64,000 bases of DNA from Octopus vulgaris. Its lineage: Eukaryota. Numbering within the stretch: position 1 is the first letter of the stretch; every line of letters starts with the position of its first letter. A program made the translations under genes and the position numbers. The notes beneath the pieces are model-generated. The model saw only the letters and a list, made by a program, of their open reading frames with translations, was not told the origin of the DNA and did no database searches. Shown piece after piece: positions 50,405-63,416 of the stretch. Where the stretch lies: contig OX597822.1 in the NCBI GenBank assembly GCA_951406725.2, positions 29,388,001 to 29,452,000 on the forward strand, in the 5' to 3' direction.

Positions 50405-51130
50405 AAATGTTCCTTCCAGCTAACCATTTCCACTGCCCACTGTCCTGGGAAGGTTGTGTGGGTAGAACTCTTAGACACCTCCCTCATAGGGTCCTATCAG
50501 AGGCAGATATCATTACATTGCCCTGCTGGAATCCCAAGCATGACCAACTGAGACTAGATATTATCAAACCATGTTGGTCTTGGTCTTCCCTTAGTCCCGT
50601 GATTGTATTGGTTTGAAGAATTCCTCTTGTGATACTTTCCTGTGACATTCTAACCACATGTCCCTAGTAATGGAGCCATGGCCTCTCGATATGAAGTGGT
50701 AGCTTGGCCTGAAGACCCCTTTGATTTCTGAACTATGCCCCTGTCAAGTAACGCTGATCTAGGGATCCTTCAGATGAACCCCATTTTAGTGTATTTGTGA
50801 CTGTGTTTTTCTTATTTTGGTCATTATCAAACATTCAGGACCATAGATTAGGATAGGTACATGAGGATAGAGCACATTGTGCTGGACATTGCTGGAGAAG
50901 CAAGGATGAAATATCCAGTGATCTCCTTTTGCAGAAACATGTGCATGGACATACAGGTGTTGACTGACCAAGAGAGCAAATATCCATCAACTTACGGGAG
51001 ACACTGGATATCAAATGTAGAATATGAAGACTGGTACAGAAGATTGAGTCAACTGGTGTGGAAGAGACCATTAGTCTTGACAAATCACCTGACTTGACTA
51101 TGATGATGATGGCGACGGCGATGACAACTA
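50405..51130. mobile_element. Highly decayed RTE-like LINE 3' fragments in both orientations
   Basis: Minus GHVVRMSQE..RVLPTQPS; plus HCAGHCWRSKDEISSDLLL ending in (GAT)n. Confidence 0.55.
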
Positions 51131-51300
51131 AATGAATGAAAGATAGCAAGTTTGACTTTTTATTTTTACCAACCGCTCCTCTTTTAAGGATTGAATACTG
51201 AAACTATTGCATTATTGTGCCATCATCTACAACTGGATGCTAGAAGATCAGTCATTTTTTATAATTTCATATTTGTTTTCTATTTCTGTTATACTTACAG

Positions 51301-51800
51301 GTGGAGGGTCAATGGCCCAGTGGTTAGGGCAGCGGACTCGCGGTCATAGGATCGCGGTTTCGATTCCCAGACCGGGCATTGTGAGTGTTTATTGAGCGAA
51401 AACACCTAAAGCTCCACAAGGCCCCGGCAGGGGGTGGTGGTGAACCCTGCTGTACTCTTTCACCACAACTTTCTCTCACACTTACTTCCTGTTTCTGTTA
51501 TACCTGTATTTCAAAGGGCCGGCCTTGTCACTCTCTGTGTCACGCTGAATATCCCCGAGAACTACGTTAAGGGTACATGTATCTGTGGAGTGCTCAGCCA
51601 CTTGCACGTTAATAAATGAGTTGCAACGTCACTGGTGCCAAGCTGTATCGGCCTTTGCCTTTCCCTTGGATAACATCGGTGGCGTAGAGAGGGGAGGCTG
51701 GTATGCGTGGGCGACTGCTGGTCTTCCATAAACAACCTTGCTCAGACTTGTACCTCGGAGGGTAATTTTCTAGGTGCAATTCCATGGTCATTCATGACTG
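51301..51800 (+). mobile_element. SINE family D head and body joined to 3' part of SINE family E
   Basis: Family D to cacgttaat (about 51613), then gagttgcaacgtcactggtgccaagctgtatcgg.., the reverse complement of part of 62225-62568. Confidence 0.78.
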
Positions 51801-51952
51801 ATTGATGTCACAATCACAGGTGTATCTAAGATGTTACATTATAAACAGAATGTCATCTTTGTTTTTCTTTGGTTTTTATTGTTAAATGAAGTTTAAACAT
51901 TTTGCTTTTAAGTCTCAACATAATCACCGTTTCCTTGTCTTTATAATTGCAG

Positions 51953-52101
51953 CCAATAACATCATCAGCAGCCTTTATTTTGGGGGAAATTGTTGAAAAT
52001 CCACAAAATGCAGCTCAACCTCTGATGAAAGTTTTTTTACACTATGGAAAATTAGTGCCTTTAATTAAAGCTTTAGCTGAAAATGAACTTTCCAAAACCT
52101 C
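51953..52101 (+). CDS. RASA3: RASA3-like exon (start of RasGAP domain)
   Basis: ttgcag|PITSSAAFILGEIVENPQNAAQPLMKVFLHYGKLVPLIKALAENELSKT-tc|gtgagt; phase 0 to 2. Confidence 0.95.
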
Positions 52102-52620
52102 GTGAGTAATTCATTTTTATCTAATAAAGGAAGTTTGCAGTTTTGCATGTAAAAATGTAGAGTTGAAATGGGTCATATCAGTATGTTAACCCTATATAAT
52201 GATATTAAAATACTGAATATAATGAATATAAATAAATTTCATGGTTGACTGTGAAAACTGTTAGTTGAGTGATATGATATGATTCATTTGAATGGTTGTA
52301 AAATAGTATTAACTCTTTTGGTATTAACCCACCTGAGACTATCCTTGGTTCTGTGTTAAGCCTTTCATAAAAAATTCATGTTAATTTATGTTCCAAATAC
52401 CAGCTGAATAATGACAGGTTATTTTATTAAATTCGCCATCATTTTCAAAATTAATTGAAAGAAAGGCAGTGCATTTTTAGAGAGGTATAGTGACAAAAGG
52501 TTTAAAAGTGATTGAAAAAAGAAAAATCAAAGCCACAGCAATGCAGTTACAAATAAAAAAGTAAGAATAAATACTTATACTATATTTATTTCAATATTTT
52601 GGCCATAAAAGGTCTTAGGA

Positions 52621-53054
52621 ATCCCTTCAGTTTAACTCACAGATTTAAAAAATTATTTTTTTTCAACTAAACAGTTAGAAACTTCGTATACTGGTGTAAT
52701 TTCTCACGCTGAACATGGTTTACTTTCAACATTTTAAACAAAATTTCGTATACTAAATGTATTTTTCAACCATGTATAGATTATTCAAAGTAGAGATGAC
52801 TCGCAAGCCGCTGCTCTTTGATTACTATCGCAAACAGCAGTAGGTTTGTTCAGCTGAATGCATGACATTGATAGGTTGAAATTACCCAAATACGACAACT
52901 TTAACATGAAATAACTTCTAAAATGCGAAATTTGGTCAAAAATGTTGAAAGTAAACCATGTTCAGCGTGAGAAATTTTACCAGTATACAAAGTTTCAAAC
53001 TGTTTAGTTAAAAAAAAATAGCTAAAAAAAATCTGTGAGTCAAACTGAAGAGAT
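52621..53054. mobile_element. Non-autonomous DNA element with long (about 130-150 bp) imperfect TIRs
   Basis: atcccttcagtttaactcacagattt..tctcacgctgaacatggtttactttcaacatt mirrored by aatgttgaaagtaaaccatgttcagcgtgaga..aaatctgtgagtcaaactgaagagat. Confidence 0.8.
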
Positions 53055-53569
53055 CTGGCCTGAGTCATGAATACTTTTTTGTCATGTCTAAATAGGTGAG
53101 GTGGCAGAGCAGTATGACATATTGGTGGTATCAAGTCATCTAACAAGTATTATACCAGTGCTGTTGGTTGTTAAAAGTGGGTTTTTCGTCAGATCACCAA
53201 TGTTATTATCTATAGCTTTGATGGTGTCTTTGCTTAAGGCATTTTTCAGATGGTTTTTAACCAGTGGAGTGTTTGTTTGCCTGCAAAAGAGTACAGCTAC
53301 ACAAATACCTTGTGTAGCTGTGTAGATGGTTCCACAATGTGTAAAATTTGCTTTGTTTAACACACCTACATTATCATCATCGCTCTTTTAACATCTAATT
53401 TTCCATGTTCGCATGGGTTGGACACAATTCAATAAGGCAGATTTTACTATGGTCAGATGCCCTTCTTGTCATCATCCTTCATCCAAGTAAGATAATATTT
53501 CCCTATGGCTGGACATGTTTCCATGGAAGATTGGAAATAAAGGATACCCCTATATGATGGTAGTTATTT

Positions 53570-53995
53570 GTACTTGTACTTGTGACGGCATTCACCCAGG
53601 GCGGGTTGAGCTGGCTTCTTCTCTGGTCCTAATGGCATCACGAACCATGGCGGTTGCCATGGTAGTAGTAGGATTTATAGAAGAAGTTTCATGGGAATAT
53701 TGAATTCACAAGCGGTCCCCAACATCCCTCATGCATATCCTGAGTGATTGGATGCCCTGTTTGCCACGGAGTCTCCACAGACACAAGGACAGAACGACCT
53801 CGAAGCCGCCGGTTGCCGATCAGATGCCTCTTGGAATTTTCACCAGAGCCTCGTTGGCTAGGCTGCGGCCCTAATACTGCTCGGTGCCAGACCAATCCGC
53901 CTTGGGTGGCCCTACCAGGAACCGAAGTTCCCAACGGCATAGCTCTGACACTGCTCGTTTACACCACCCTACCGCTTTGAGGAGGGGTTGGACTT
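53570..53995 (-). mobile_element. RTE-like LINE 3' fragment (second family)
   Basis: Homologous to 55940-56515; (caagta)n tail on minus strand. Confidence 0.7.
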
Positions 53996-54791
53996 TTAGG
54001 GTAGTATATGATGGTGATGCTCATTTACAACTATCACATGATATCAAGACAAGGAGACACAAACACATACAGGCTTCTTTCAGTTTCCATCTACTAAATC
54101 TTTGGTCAGCCAGGGTCTATTACTCTATTATGCTATTATTATAGAAGCTTTCCTCAAGGTACCATTCAGTGAGACTGGGCATGAAACCACATGGTTGTGA
54201 AGCAAACTTCTGAAACACACAACCATGTCTGTGCACATGAGATATATCATAACTCTATGAGATATGTCACGTAAGTTCGCTAACAAACGAATACATTTTT
54301 AATAGAACAATTATTGTTACTTGACAAGAGGGAAGGAAGTTATTGGTGCTTAACTACTGTGTCACCTCTCATTTCTTTCCTCACACCCTTCCTCCAAACC
54401 TGTCTGTGGCATTGTTGTAAGTAAACAATAATATCTGAGGTTATTTCTCTCTTAAGTGCATACTATACAATAAAACACACTCATGCATTATGATGTCATT
54501 GGCTCTGACACTTTTTTTTGTTCTTGTCTTTATGCAGTGCAGTGATCACTGCATGCATTTGTTTTATGTGGCTTTAAATAAAAGTATCAAAATAACAAAA
54601 AAAAAAAAAAACCAACAAAAATAACAACAACAACCATGGGAATATTTTTTTTCTGTTTGAAAAATGCTTCCCAACCACATGGCTTCAAGTTCAGTCCTAT
54701 TGTGAAAGATCTTGAGCAAGTGTCTTCTACTATAACCATGGACTGGCCAAAACCTTGTGTGTGGGTTTGGTAGATGGAAACTGAAAGAAGC

Positions 54792-54823
<32 letters not shown>

Positions 54824-55939
54824 TCCTTTGTCTTTGAGTTTGTCCTTTGCCACTGCTTGACAACTGTTGTTGGTTTGTTATGTCTGTGTGCGTGTGTGTA
54901 TGTGTATGCATACACACATACATTTATACATATATACATACATATATATGTGTGTGTGTGTGTGTGTGTTTGTCTTTGAGTTTGTTCCTTGCCACTGCTT
55001 GACAACTGGTGTTGGTTTGTTTATGTCCTTGTAACTTGGCAGTTCAGCAAAAGAGAACAAGAGAATATGTACCAGACTTTAAAGAAAAGAAAATTGGGGG
55101 TGATTTGTTCGTTTAAACTCTTCAAGGCAACATACCCGCATGACCACAGATCAGTGACTGAAACATCAGCATCATCATCATCAACATTTAATATCCATTG
55201 TCCATGCTGGCATGGGTTGGACAGTTTGACTGGGCTGGCCTGCTGGAAGGCTGCGCCAGGCTCCAGTCTGATTTGGCATGGTCTTCTATAGCTGGATGCC
55301 CTTCCTAATGCCAACCACTCCTAGAGTATAATGAGTGCTCTTAAGTGCTACCGGCACAGGTACCATTTGCATGACACCGGTATCTCCCACGACTGCGATT
55401 TTGCTCGGCTTGATGGGTCTTCTTCTCAAGCACAACATAATGCCAAAGGTCTTGGTCATTGCTTCTGTGAGGCCCAACACTCAAAAGGAACTCGACCACT
55501 TTGCCTCCATGAGGCCCACCGCTCGGAAGGAACTCAGCCATGTAGAATATATCTGCTATCCTGTTTGTAATAAATATATCCCCATTTTCATAATTTCTAT
55601 GCTCGTTTTATCAATGCTAGCATGAGTTAGATGAAACTTATTGAGGTGGGTTTTTTTGAGGCTGGACACTTTCTCTGTTGCCAGCCCTAACTTGTTTCTC
55701 AAGTAAGGTGTTTTCAGAATATTCTGTTCAACTGGTCCTCACATGTTGAAATTCAAGTGATGCTGTTAAGCAACAGAGATTTTGTTTTTGGGGAATGCAA
55801 ATGATGTCATTGTTTTCATTTGCTCAAATGAAGAATCATATAATCAATATTTCTCTCCTCCACCACACACATACACATTGATAAATGTTGACAGTGTGGG
55901 AAAAGTGTCTTTCAAGCATGAATAACTACTAGTCTACCA

Positions 55940-56515
55940 CACTTGTACTTGTGGCAACATTCACCCTGGGCGAGTTGAGTCGGCTTCTTCTACCACCCTC
56001 AAGGCATCTTGAACCATGGCAGCCCAATCACGATGGTCCTGTGCCAGTTCACTGGAGATAGCGAGCCAGTCACGGTTCCATTGGCGCAGGCCAACCACCT
56101 GTGGTCCCATGAGCATGGAGAGGTCCTCCTTGATCGTCGTAACCCAGGTCTTCAGCTGCCCGCATGTTTCCGCCAGTTGGGAAGTGGAGTTGGGAGAAGG
56201 ACATTGAGAGTTCATGGAAGAAGTTTTGTGGGAATATGTGGATTTCACAAGCGGTCCCCAACAATCCCGCTTGTAGAGACATCCTGTTTGCTGCAGATTG
56301 TCCGCAGACGCAGGGACAGAATGATTGAGGAGCCGCCAGTTGCCAAAACAGACACTCTGAGGATTTTCACTCTGAGGATTGGCCCTAATACCACTCGGTG
56401 TTAGACCAATCTGCCTTGGGTGGCCCTACCAGGAACCAAAGTTCCTGACGGCATAGCTCTGACACTACCCGTTGCCAGCATCCCCAGCACGGTGAGGAGG
56501 GGATGGACTTTGGGG
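55940..56515 (-). mobile_element. RTE-like LINE 3' fragment (second family)
   Basis: Minus translation KTWVTTIKEDL..GLRQWNRDWLAISSELAQDHRDWAAMVQDA..STRPG*, then caagtacaagt tail. Confidence 0.75.
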
Positions 56516-57103
56516 ACGTAAAATCTACCACAGAAAATAAACCAACACCCGTCTTAGGCTTTCTTATAGAAATATATAGATGTATGGCTCTAAGGTTCCC
56601 ACCCTCTGAGTAAAATAGCAATCAAAAGGGTCCATAGGCAAAAAATGACTGAGAATCACTGCAGTTGACAGAAAGGACATTTGGCCATAGAAAACTATGT
56701 CCCGACATACTAATGTGATCTTGAAAAATTGACATTAAAACAATGTGTATGATGTTGATTTAGTCAATTTGACTCTAGTACTTAGCTGGTACTTCAGTTT
56801 TATCAATGCAGATGTAAATTTTTTTTTTTTTTTTTATAAATGGTTTATCTCTAATGATGTTGCTAACTGGCCCAAAAATTTTATAATATGAACAAAGAGG
56901 GTACTTGAAATATCTTTCCTGATGTTTAGGAAATTCATTGTTATCACTGTTAGATTTATGTTTATTTATTCATTCATCTATTAAAAAAAAAAAAAAACTT
57001 TTGTTTTCATCTCCAATGTTTTTTTCTACTTCTAAATTAGTGCAATATTTATTTTGTTTATTCTTTTGCAGTGCAATATTTATTTTTGTTTATTCTTTTG
57101 CAG

Positions 57104-57218
57104 TGACCCCAACACCATATTTCGGGGTAATACTCTAGTCACTAAATTAATTGATGAGTTGATGAAGCTAGTCGGGTTACCATATTTACAAGACACAATA
57201 AAGTCAATAATTGATGAG
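57104..57218 (+). CDS. RASA3: RASA3-like exon carrying the arginine finger
   Basis: ttgcag|t [38 protein letters not shown]|gtaaga; catalytic Arg codon 57123-57125; phase 2 to 0. Confidence 0.96.
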
Positions 57219-57342
57219 GTAAGAACACCTTTAATCAGAAAGCAGCCTTAGCAAAGTGCAGTTTGCTGGGGTTTTTTTGTGATGCAAGTTTTGTATTTTG
57301 ATTTAGAAAAAAAAATTTTTTTTTCCACATTTTTCCACATGT

Positions 57343-57631
57343 AGGCATAGGAGTGGCTGTGTGGTAAATAGCTTGCTTACGAACCACACAGTTCCAGGTT
57401 CAGTCCCACTGTGTGGCACCTTGGACAAGTGTGTTCTACTATAGCCTCGGGCCTACCAAAGCCTTGTGAGTGGATTTGGTAGACAGAAACTGAAAGAAGC
57501 CCGTCATATATATATATATATATATATATATGGGTCGACTTGCTCGACTAAAGGTGGTGCTCCAGCATGGCCGCAGTCAAATGACTGAAACAAATAAGAG
57601 TAAAGAGTAAGAGTATATATATATATATATA

Positions 57632-57672
<41 letters not shown>

Positions 57673-57882
57673 TTGTGTGTCTGTGTTTGTCCCTCCAACA
57701 TCGCTTGACAACCGATGCTGATGTGCTTATGTCCCCATAACTTAGCAGTTTCGCAAAAGAGACCGATAGAATAAGTACTAGGCTTACAAAGAATAAGTCC
57801 TGGGGTCAATTTGCTCGACTAAAGGCGGTGCTCCAGCATGGCCACAGTCAAAATGACTGAAACAAGTAAAAGAGTAAAGAGT
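57343..57882 (+). mobile_element. SINE family A with extra internal tail copy
   Basis: Head, (TA)n, short tail copy near 57532-57614, (TG)n, full tail. Confidence 0.8.
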
Positions 57883-57896
57883 ATTTTAGAAATTAA

Positions 57897-58525
57897 AATC
57901 CAACAGTGAAACCCATATTCACATTCATAAGTGCTGGAATGTGATAAGAATAAAGATGTTCATCATTGTTCTGATTCTCATCCTTTTGCATGCTCAGGAT
58001 AATTAATTATCAACTCAGCAAACTTTAACATGCATCTGAAAATATTTCGTTAGCTGAATGCTATAAAGAAGAATGGTTGTTCTTGTTTAGCTTCAGATAT
58101 CTAGGCAGTGTCTCTGACTGAGGAGGCACAATTATATCAAAACACACTGGTGTCTTAGAGTCTGCCGTGTCACATGAAACATGTGTATTGTCAATATGCA
58201 TAACTCTAAAAGGAGAAGTTATTCTCTGTTATTCTCTGAAGATAGAATCCAACAGTGAAAAGCACGTGCACATCCAAGTCTACCACATCATTGTTTTGAT
58301 TCTTGCTGTTTTGCATGCCCTTGATAAATTCATATCAGCTCAATAGAACTTAGCATACATAATTCTACAAATAAGTGCCATTATTGTTGTTTAGCTTCAG
58401 ACATGTGGGCAGTGTCTTGGGCTGAGGAGGCACAGTTATGCTGAAACACTGGTGTCTCTGAGTCTACTATATCACTGAAACATCTATGTTGTCAAAACAC
58501 TTTTCTAAAGGAAGAAATTGTTTGC
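57897..58525 (+). repeat. Diverged tandem dimer (about 349 and 280 nt units), each with a hammerhead motif; retrozyme-like
   Basis: Units start aatccaacagtgaaa at 57897 and 58246 and share catcattgtt.tgattct, tgtttagcttcaga, ggcagtgtct..ctgaggaggcaca, cactggtgtct. Confidence 0.8.
58416..58462 (+). ncRNA. Minimal type I hammerhead ribozyme motif
   Basis: Stem I cttggg/tctgag, CTGAGGA 58422-58428, stem II GGCA-cagtta-TGCT, GAAA 58443-58446, stem III CAC-tg-GTG, GUC site at C58456; activity untested. Confidence 0.72.
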
Positions 58526-59478
58526 TAAAGAATCAATATCATGGTATCATGGTATCAACCAGACTATCAGATGTTATACATTACAGGTCACAATGCACTT
58601 TGCATTGTTTTAGCTTTTGAATGATGTCACTCTGCAGGCCAGGGAAACAGGCCAACATCCTCTCTGACTGGAAGGCTTGTCAGCTGCAGGATTAACCCAC
58701 TTACAGCTAAGTGGACTAGAACAATATGAAATGAAGTGTTTTGCTCAAGAACACAATGTGCAGCCAATCTAAGAATTGAAACCGCAATCTCACAGTTGTA
58801 AGTGCAATTTCCCCTAACCAATAGGCCATGTACCTTCACATGAAGAATGGGTATACATGTCAGAAATTATAGCATTTTATATATTTGACTGATTTTCTAA
58901 ACTATGAGGAAGCAACACTAGTTTGGAGGCCGGATTCTTTCAACATCCCAGCAAATAAATAGAAAATTTGATTGATGTCAAATTATTGTCAACCTCACCA
59001 GTATTGATACTACATCTGGCAAAAGTGTTTTAAAATCTAAAATTTTTGTACATAATTCTACTAAACTGCATAATGCACCATTTGTAATTGTTGATCCTCA
59101 ACAATGCATTACATATTGTGATATAGGCAATGAATATAGATGTCTGATTATACATAGATGTTTGAACATTATAAATGCATTAATTGATATTTTCACTTAC
59201 TTATTTACTTATTTTGCATTTATTTATTTATGTCTTTATTGCTTCTTAGATATTTATCTCTCTTTTTGGCAAGATAAAGTGATGTATTTCAGAATTTCCA
59301 TCAGTTTGGGAACTGATTGGGAAGTTTTGATTTCGGTGGGGCAACAATGGGACAGCTCTCTTCACCCAAGACCTAACAATTAATTGCTCAGCATTACGAA
59401 TCTACGATTTCATTTGGTTTGATTTTGATTTCAGTTTCTAGGAGGGGGTCTTATTTTCTTCTGTTCTTCTATGAGATC

Positions 59479-59690
59479 AAGGTGGCGAGCTAGCAGAAAC
59501 ATTAGCACGCTGGGCAAAATGCTTAATAGTATTTCATTTGTCTTTATGTTCTGAGTTCAAATTCTGCCAAGGTTGGCTTTGCCTTTCATTCTTTCGGGGT
59601 CGATAAAATAAGTACAAGTTACTGAGGTTGATCTCATTGACTGGCTCCTTCCCCAAGAAATTCGGGCCTTGTGCCTAGAGTAGAAAAGAT
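59479..59690 (+). mobile_element. SINE family B
   Basis: aaggtggcgagctagcagaaac head, gcctttcattctttcggggtcgataaa core, agtagaaaaga tail. Confidence 0.8.
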
Positions 59691-59953
59691 ACTTCTATGA
59701 AATCATAAAATTAATTTTAGTAATATACTTGAGTGCAAGTTCTTATGGTAGTCTTATGGTAGTGGCTCCCACATTGGCTTGATGCTTGTAGCATCTCCAA
59801 TCAAAACCAGAAGATTTTTATAAAGGAATCATTTTTAGCTTGCTTTTATATAAATGTCTTCTCTATACTTGATACAAGTGTTTTGTTTTTAACTGAATTC
59901 TTTAACAATCTCCTATGCATATATCATAATCCGTGTACCTTTCCTATTTGTAG

Positions 59954-60028
59954 ATTTGTACAGATCACCGATCGTGTGAGATTGATCCAACCAAATTAAA
60001 GGATGGTGAAAACATTATCACAAACATG
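59954..60028 (+). CDS. RASA3: RASA3-like exon (RasGAP)
   Basis: ttgtag|ICTDHRSCEIDPTKLKDGENIITNM|gtaaaa; phase 0 to 0. Confidence 0.95.
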
Positions 60029-60454
60029 GTAAAATCATCCTTCTTTCTTTCTTTTTTTTACTACCCCTCCTCCTTCGACTGGCTCCCATGCTGGTGGCAC
60101 ATAAAAAGCACCCACTACACTCTCAGAGTGGTTGGCGTTAAGAAGGGCATCCAGCTGTAGAAACCTTGCCAGATCAGATTGGAGCCTGGTGCAGCCATCT
60201 GGTTCGCCAGACCTCAGTCAAATCGTCCAACCCATGCTAGCATGGAAAGTGGACGTTAAACGATGATGATGATTATGATGAAGGTTAACACTGGCTTAAT
60301 AATGACAGTTATTTTACTAAATTACATTTTTGTTTTTTTAAATTAATTGAAACAGAAATATGATAGCAAAAGGGATTTTTGAAAAAATGTATTTATCACT
60401 CTAATAACCAAATATATTGCTTGTTTTTAAGGGAATGTTTCTTTTTATCAACAG

Positions 60455-60578
60455 GAGCATCTAAAGTCATATGTAGATAAAATGTTTCAAGCAATAACAA
60501 CATCTGGTTTTGCCTGTCCACAAGTGATGTGTGAAGTTTTTTACACATTAAAAGAAGCAGCCAGAAAACACTTCCCAG
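60455..60578 (+). CDS. RASA3: RASA3-like exon (RasGAP)
   Basis: caacag|EHLKSYVDKMFQAITTSGFACPQVMCEVFYTLKEAARKHFP-g|gtatgt; phase 0 to 1. Confidence 0.95.
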
Positions 60579-60851
60579 GTATGTGGAACTTTGTAGACAT
60601 TCTCTCCTGAGCTTATTAAATCTTTGCTCTGCATGGTTACTTCTCTTTCTCTTGAAATGCACAATAGATGTGATCTTAAAACTGTGGGTTAAATGTTCAT
60701 ATTAACTAATAGTTCAAATCTTACTGTATCTCATTGTATTGTGTCCTGGGAAAGGTACATAATGCTTTTTCTCAGCCTGTTAAACTGACCACAACTCGCC
60801 ACTTACTTCTCGTTGAGTGGTTTGTTACAGGAAGGGTTTTTAGTTGTTTCA

Positions 60852-61373
<522 letters not shown>

Positions 61374-61574
61374 CCCTGAAATTATTTGTAAATATCCAAA
61401 TTTTTAAGATCCATCCCAATATCAAGACTTAAAATACACCGCTGCTGCCTCATTGTACTGGATGCTTTTTTTTTTTTGTGGAATTAGGAAGGGCATTCAG
61501 CAGTAGGAGCCATGCTAAAAGCATGGTGATGATGATTAAGAAATAATAATTAAAATACAAATTTAAAAATAAGG

Positions 61575-61850
61575 TGATGTTATGTTGCCATCTTAATGTG
61601 GCAGTCCCATGAAAGGGAAGAATGCTACTGCTATTTAGCCCCTAAGAAATACTGTTTCCAGTTGGCTTTGACACATTTTCTGTGTCCTTGTTTTCAAAGG
61701 GGGAGATAAACACCTCCACCCAGCAAAGCCAGCATCCAGAGACAAGTTTCAGAGTCATTGCTCATCATCAGTTTTGAGTAGCATGGCCTGTTAGCTGTCG
61801 ATGCTTATTCATCTTTGAAAACAGATATATTTCAAGTGAAATACATTTAA
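61575..61850 (-). mobile_element. Diverged relative of the 27.6 kb hammerhead-bearing repeat
   Basis: Shares gccatctta..tagcccc.aaga..tggcttt..gacaca..gtg.ccttg..caaaggg.gg; minus CTGATGA..GAAACTTGTC at 61741-61771. Confidence 0.6.
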
Positions 61851-62224
61851 AAATGTGTTTCTATAAGTGGCTGTACATTTTTATAGAATTAGCTGCCAAA
61901 TTTCCTTCACACCATTTCCAGCCAGGACAAACTGGTTAGTGCACTCCTGGATACACACTGTCTCTTAAAAAGAAGGGAAGGCCATAGTTGGAACAGTAGT
62001 TGGACTATGAAAAGTCAGGAGTGACTGGGCATGAAGATTTACATATGTATATTTAAGAAAAAACAAAAAAAAAAACATTCATCAGCATCACTTGTAAGCA
62101 GGTATATTTAGTAACATGTACCTTTTGCTTTTGCTAATTGTTTTAGGTCCCTATATAGTCATGAGTAGATATAGACACTCTCTTGACTTTCTTAGTCTTT
62201 GACCTAGTAAAGAGTAAAAGAGTA

Positions 62225-62568
62225 AAAGGGTAAAGAACCCTGTTGGTCATGAATGACCATGGGATTGTACCTAGAAAGTTCCCACCCAAGGTACAAGGCC
62301 GTGCAAAGTTGCTTATGGAAGACCAGCAATTGCCCATGCACACCAGCCTCCCCTTTCCACACCACCGATGTTATCCAAGGGAAAGGCAAAGACCGATACA
62401 GCTTGGAACCAGTGGCATTGCAACTCATTCCTACATCTGAGTGAACTGGACCAACGAGAAATAAAGTGCCTTGTTCAAGAACACAATGCACAGTTTTGTC
62501 TTGGAATTCGATCTTACTACCTCATGATTATGAGCTTGATGCTTTAACCACTGAGCCATATGCCTTCA
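62225..62568 (-). mobile_element. tRNA-derived SINE family E
   Basis: Minus head tgaaggcatatggctcagtggttaaagcatc..gatcgaattcc; second copy near 63550-63785. Confidence 0.78.
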
Positions 62569-63309
62569 TTGACCCTGTAGAACATCTTAAAACAATGACT
62601 GAAAACATGGTACTTGTTTCCAATCCATACCAGTTCATAGATGACAATTGGTTCGTTAGTTACAGGCCTTGGAACATTAATTTCACGAGCATCTATTATA
62701 TTTAGTTAGGTGTCCACTGTAGTATAATCTATATGGATGTCACGCCTTGGTTTTCTGGCCTCTTCTCTTGCATTCGTATCTCTCATTTCCTTGCATAAAA
62801 CTGCCTCTCTCTTGGAGTTTGTAGTCTTGCAAGCTTTATGATAACCTCACTGGTACTGATGGCACATAAAACAAATTGCTATTAAGTGGTTGGTGTTTGA
62901 AAGAGCATTCAGCTTTAGAAACCATCCAAAAGCAGACACTGTAGGACAATTGTATAACTCCTGGACATTAAATACTTATAATGATATGATACTCAGGCTT
63001 TTAGGTAAGGTTTTGCTAGGCTTGTTCTATATTAAAAAACTGATTGGGAGAGGTTGATATTTCCGTGTCTTCTTTACAAAAGAAATATCATACAGAACCC
63101 TAGATGCAACATTCAAAAACAGAATACTGTAAAGGGGCCAGATTTCCCCTTGTACTTTCAGCACTTAAGCCAACCCAAATATTTTAAAAGAAAATATTGA
63201 TCGTATTGAAAGCATTTTTTGAAGTATTGATCTTGAAAATTTTTTTTACCAAAATTCAATTCTGTTTTATTGATTAAATTATATTTATCTTACATTATTT
63301 TTTTTCCAG

Positions 63310-63416
63310 ATAACCGAGAAGTTCGATATCAAGTTGTAAGTGGTTTTGTCTTCCTTCGGTTTTTTGCCCCAGCAATTTTAGGTCCAAAGCTTTTTGAATT
63401 ACGAACCAACATGCAG
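63310..63416 (+). CDS. RASA3: RASA3-like exon with RasGAP FLR motif
   Basis: ttccag|at [35 protein letters not shown]|gtaagt; phase 1 to 0. Confidence 0.96.
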
